Below are positions 62,753 through 64,000 of a stretch of DNA of 64,000 bases, one piece after another. Within the stretch, counting starts at the first letter, position 1. Each line of letters starts with the position of its first letter. The notes below the pieces were generated by a model. It had not been told where the DNA came from. It did no database searches and saw only the letters and a list, made by a program, of their open reading frames with translations. The position numbers and the translations under genes were made by a program. The stretch spans positions 96,534,001-96,598,000 of the forward strand of contig NC_042998.1 of NCBI RefSeq assembly GCF_006345805.1. The letters are read 5' to 3'. This DNA comes from Octopus sinensis. Lineage: Eukaryota.

Positions 62753-63869
62753 ATTTTATATGTGTATATATGTATATATATATATATGTATGTATATGTA
62801 TATGTGTGTGTGTGTATGTTTATACTGTATACCCATGCATATTTCTTTGTGATTATGAGCATATGTGTGTGTATTATCGACTGTGGTGGTGGTGGTAGTG
62901 GTGGCACTTGTTATTCCTGTATTTGTTATGAACTTGCGCATAATAGCCAACACCGATGGCCAAAAAACAGAAGACAGATACAAGACAGAGATGAGTTCAA
63001 ACTCACAACTTAAAATATGAATATCGTGTCGATTCATTAATTATTCATTAATTATATTGTCTTTTTTTTTTCTTCTGTGACTCTCGAGACCAAAACTTCT
63101 TATCCTTCACTTGTTCCATTAATTCTCTTTGTCCCTATCTTTTTCTATTTTCTTCTATCTCTTTCTCTTATTCTCTAAGTTTTCCCGTTTTTTTTTACCT
63201 TCTAATCACTTGGACACATACGTTCTAATTCATTCAGCGCAAATCTCCGTTCAAATTCCCTTCTATCTCTTTTGCAGTTACATTTATGAATTAGTTTTGC
63301 AAGATTCTCGATGTGAAATCGTGTGTTGAAACAGATTTTGCTATATCTCAGGATGGTCATTTTTTCTTTCTTTTTTTCTTGCCAGATAAATACAATCCTT
63401 TTACAACTTCTGTTGAACCTGAAGGACGAAATACAAAGTTAACTTTGGCAGTGTTTGAATTCGTGTGTGTGTGTGTGTACACGTCTCTATTTTGAAATAT
63501 ATATATGTGTGTGCGTTTGCGTGTATATATATATATAATATATATATATATATAAGAAAACAATGTGTACAAGAATTTTTTGCGCAATAATATATAAATA
63601 CACGTGTGTATTCTATTGTACGTTATGAAGCGGTGACGAGTGAAAATCCTGTAAATATAATCATAAGTGTTCACCGTATATAGGCTACATTGGCTATAAA
63701 AATTAGTCTAATATTGGAGCATATAATCCCTCTACGGGAAAATGGGTAAGTACGCGTAGGAAACAAACCACAACTCTTATTTTTGCGGTAAGTGTGCTGA
63801 GCGATTATTTCAAATTACCAACTAATTTCTTTCTGCTAAATTTAGGAGCGACGATTTCATAGTGATGTG

Positions 63870-63901
<32 letters not shown>

Positions 63902-64000
63902 TGTATGTATGTATGTATGTATGTATGTATGTATGTATGTTCGTATGTATGCATGTATGTATTTATGTATCTATGTGTCTACATACATACATACATACAT

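Overview
AT-rich, microsatellite-saturated animal genomic DNA, most consistent with an octopod cephalopod. This is judged from recurring SINE families I recognise and the microsatellite density; no database search was run. The window looks intergenic or intronic. The only clearly intact host gene is a tRNA-Gln(UUG) at 58896-58967 (-). There is one plausible 60-nt coding exon (16720-16779, -) of an unidentified gene. The rest is transposon debris: Penelope-like elements (GIY-YIG), a Buster/Charlie hAT, a Tc1 with DD36E spacing, pogo/Tigger-like MITEs, CR1, RTE and Tx1/L1 LINE fragments, four Dong/R4-type RLE retrotransposons beside (AAT)n, and roughly 40 tRNA-derived SINE copies. Nearly all long ORFs in the supplied track are microsatellite translations. 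The most interesting layer is a set of minimal hammerhead-ribozyme-like motifs in short, often inverted elements that usually abut (TA)n. It includes a fold-back element with a hammerhead core in each arm and a composite joining a tRNA-type Pol III head to a hammerhead-bearing Penelope-like end. All folds were checked by eye only, and many repeat boundaries are approximate.
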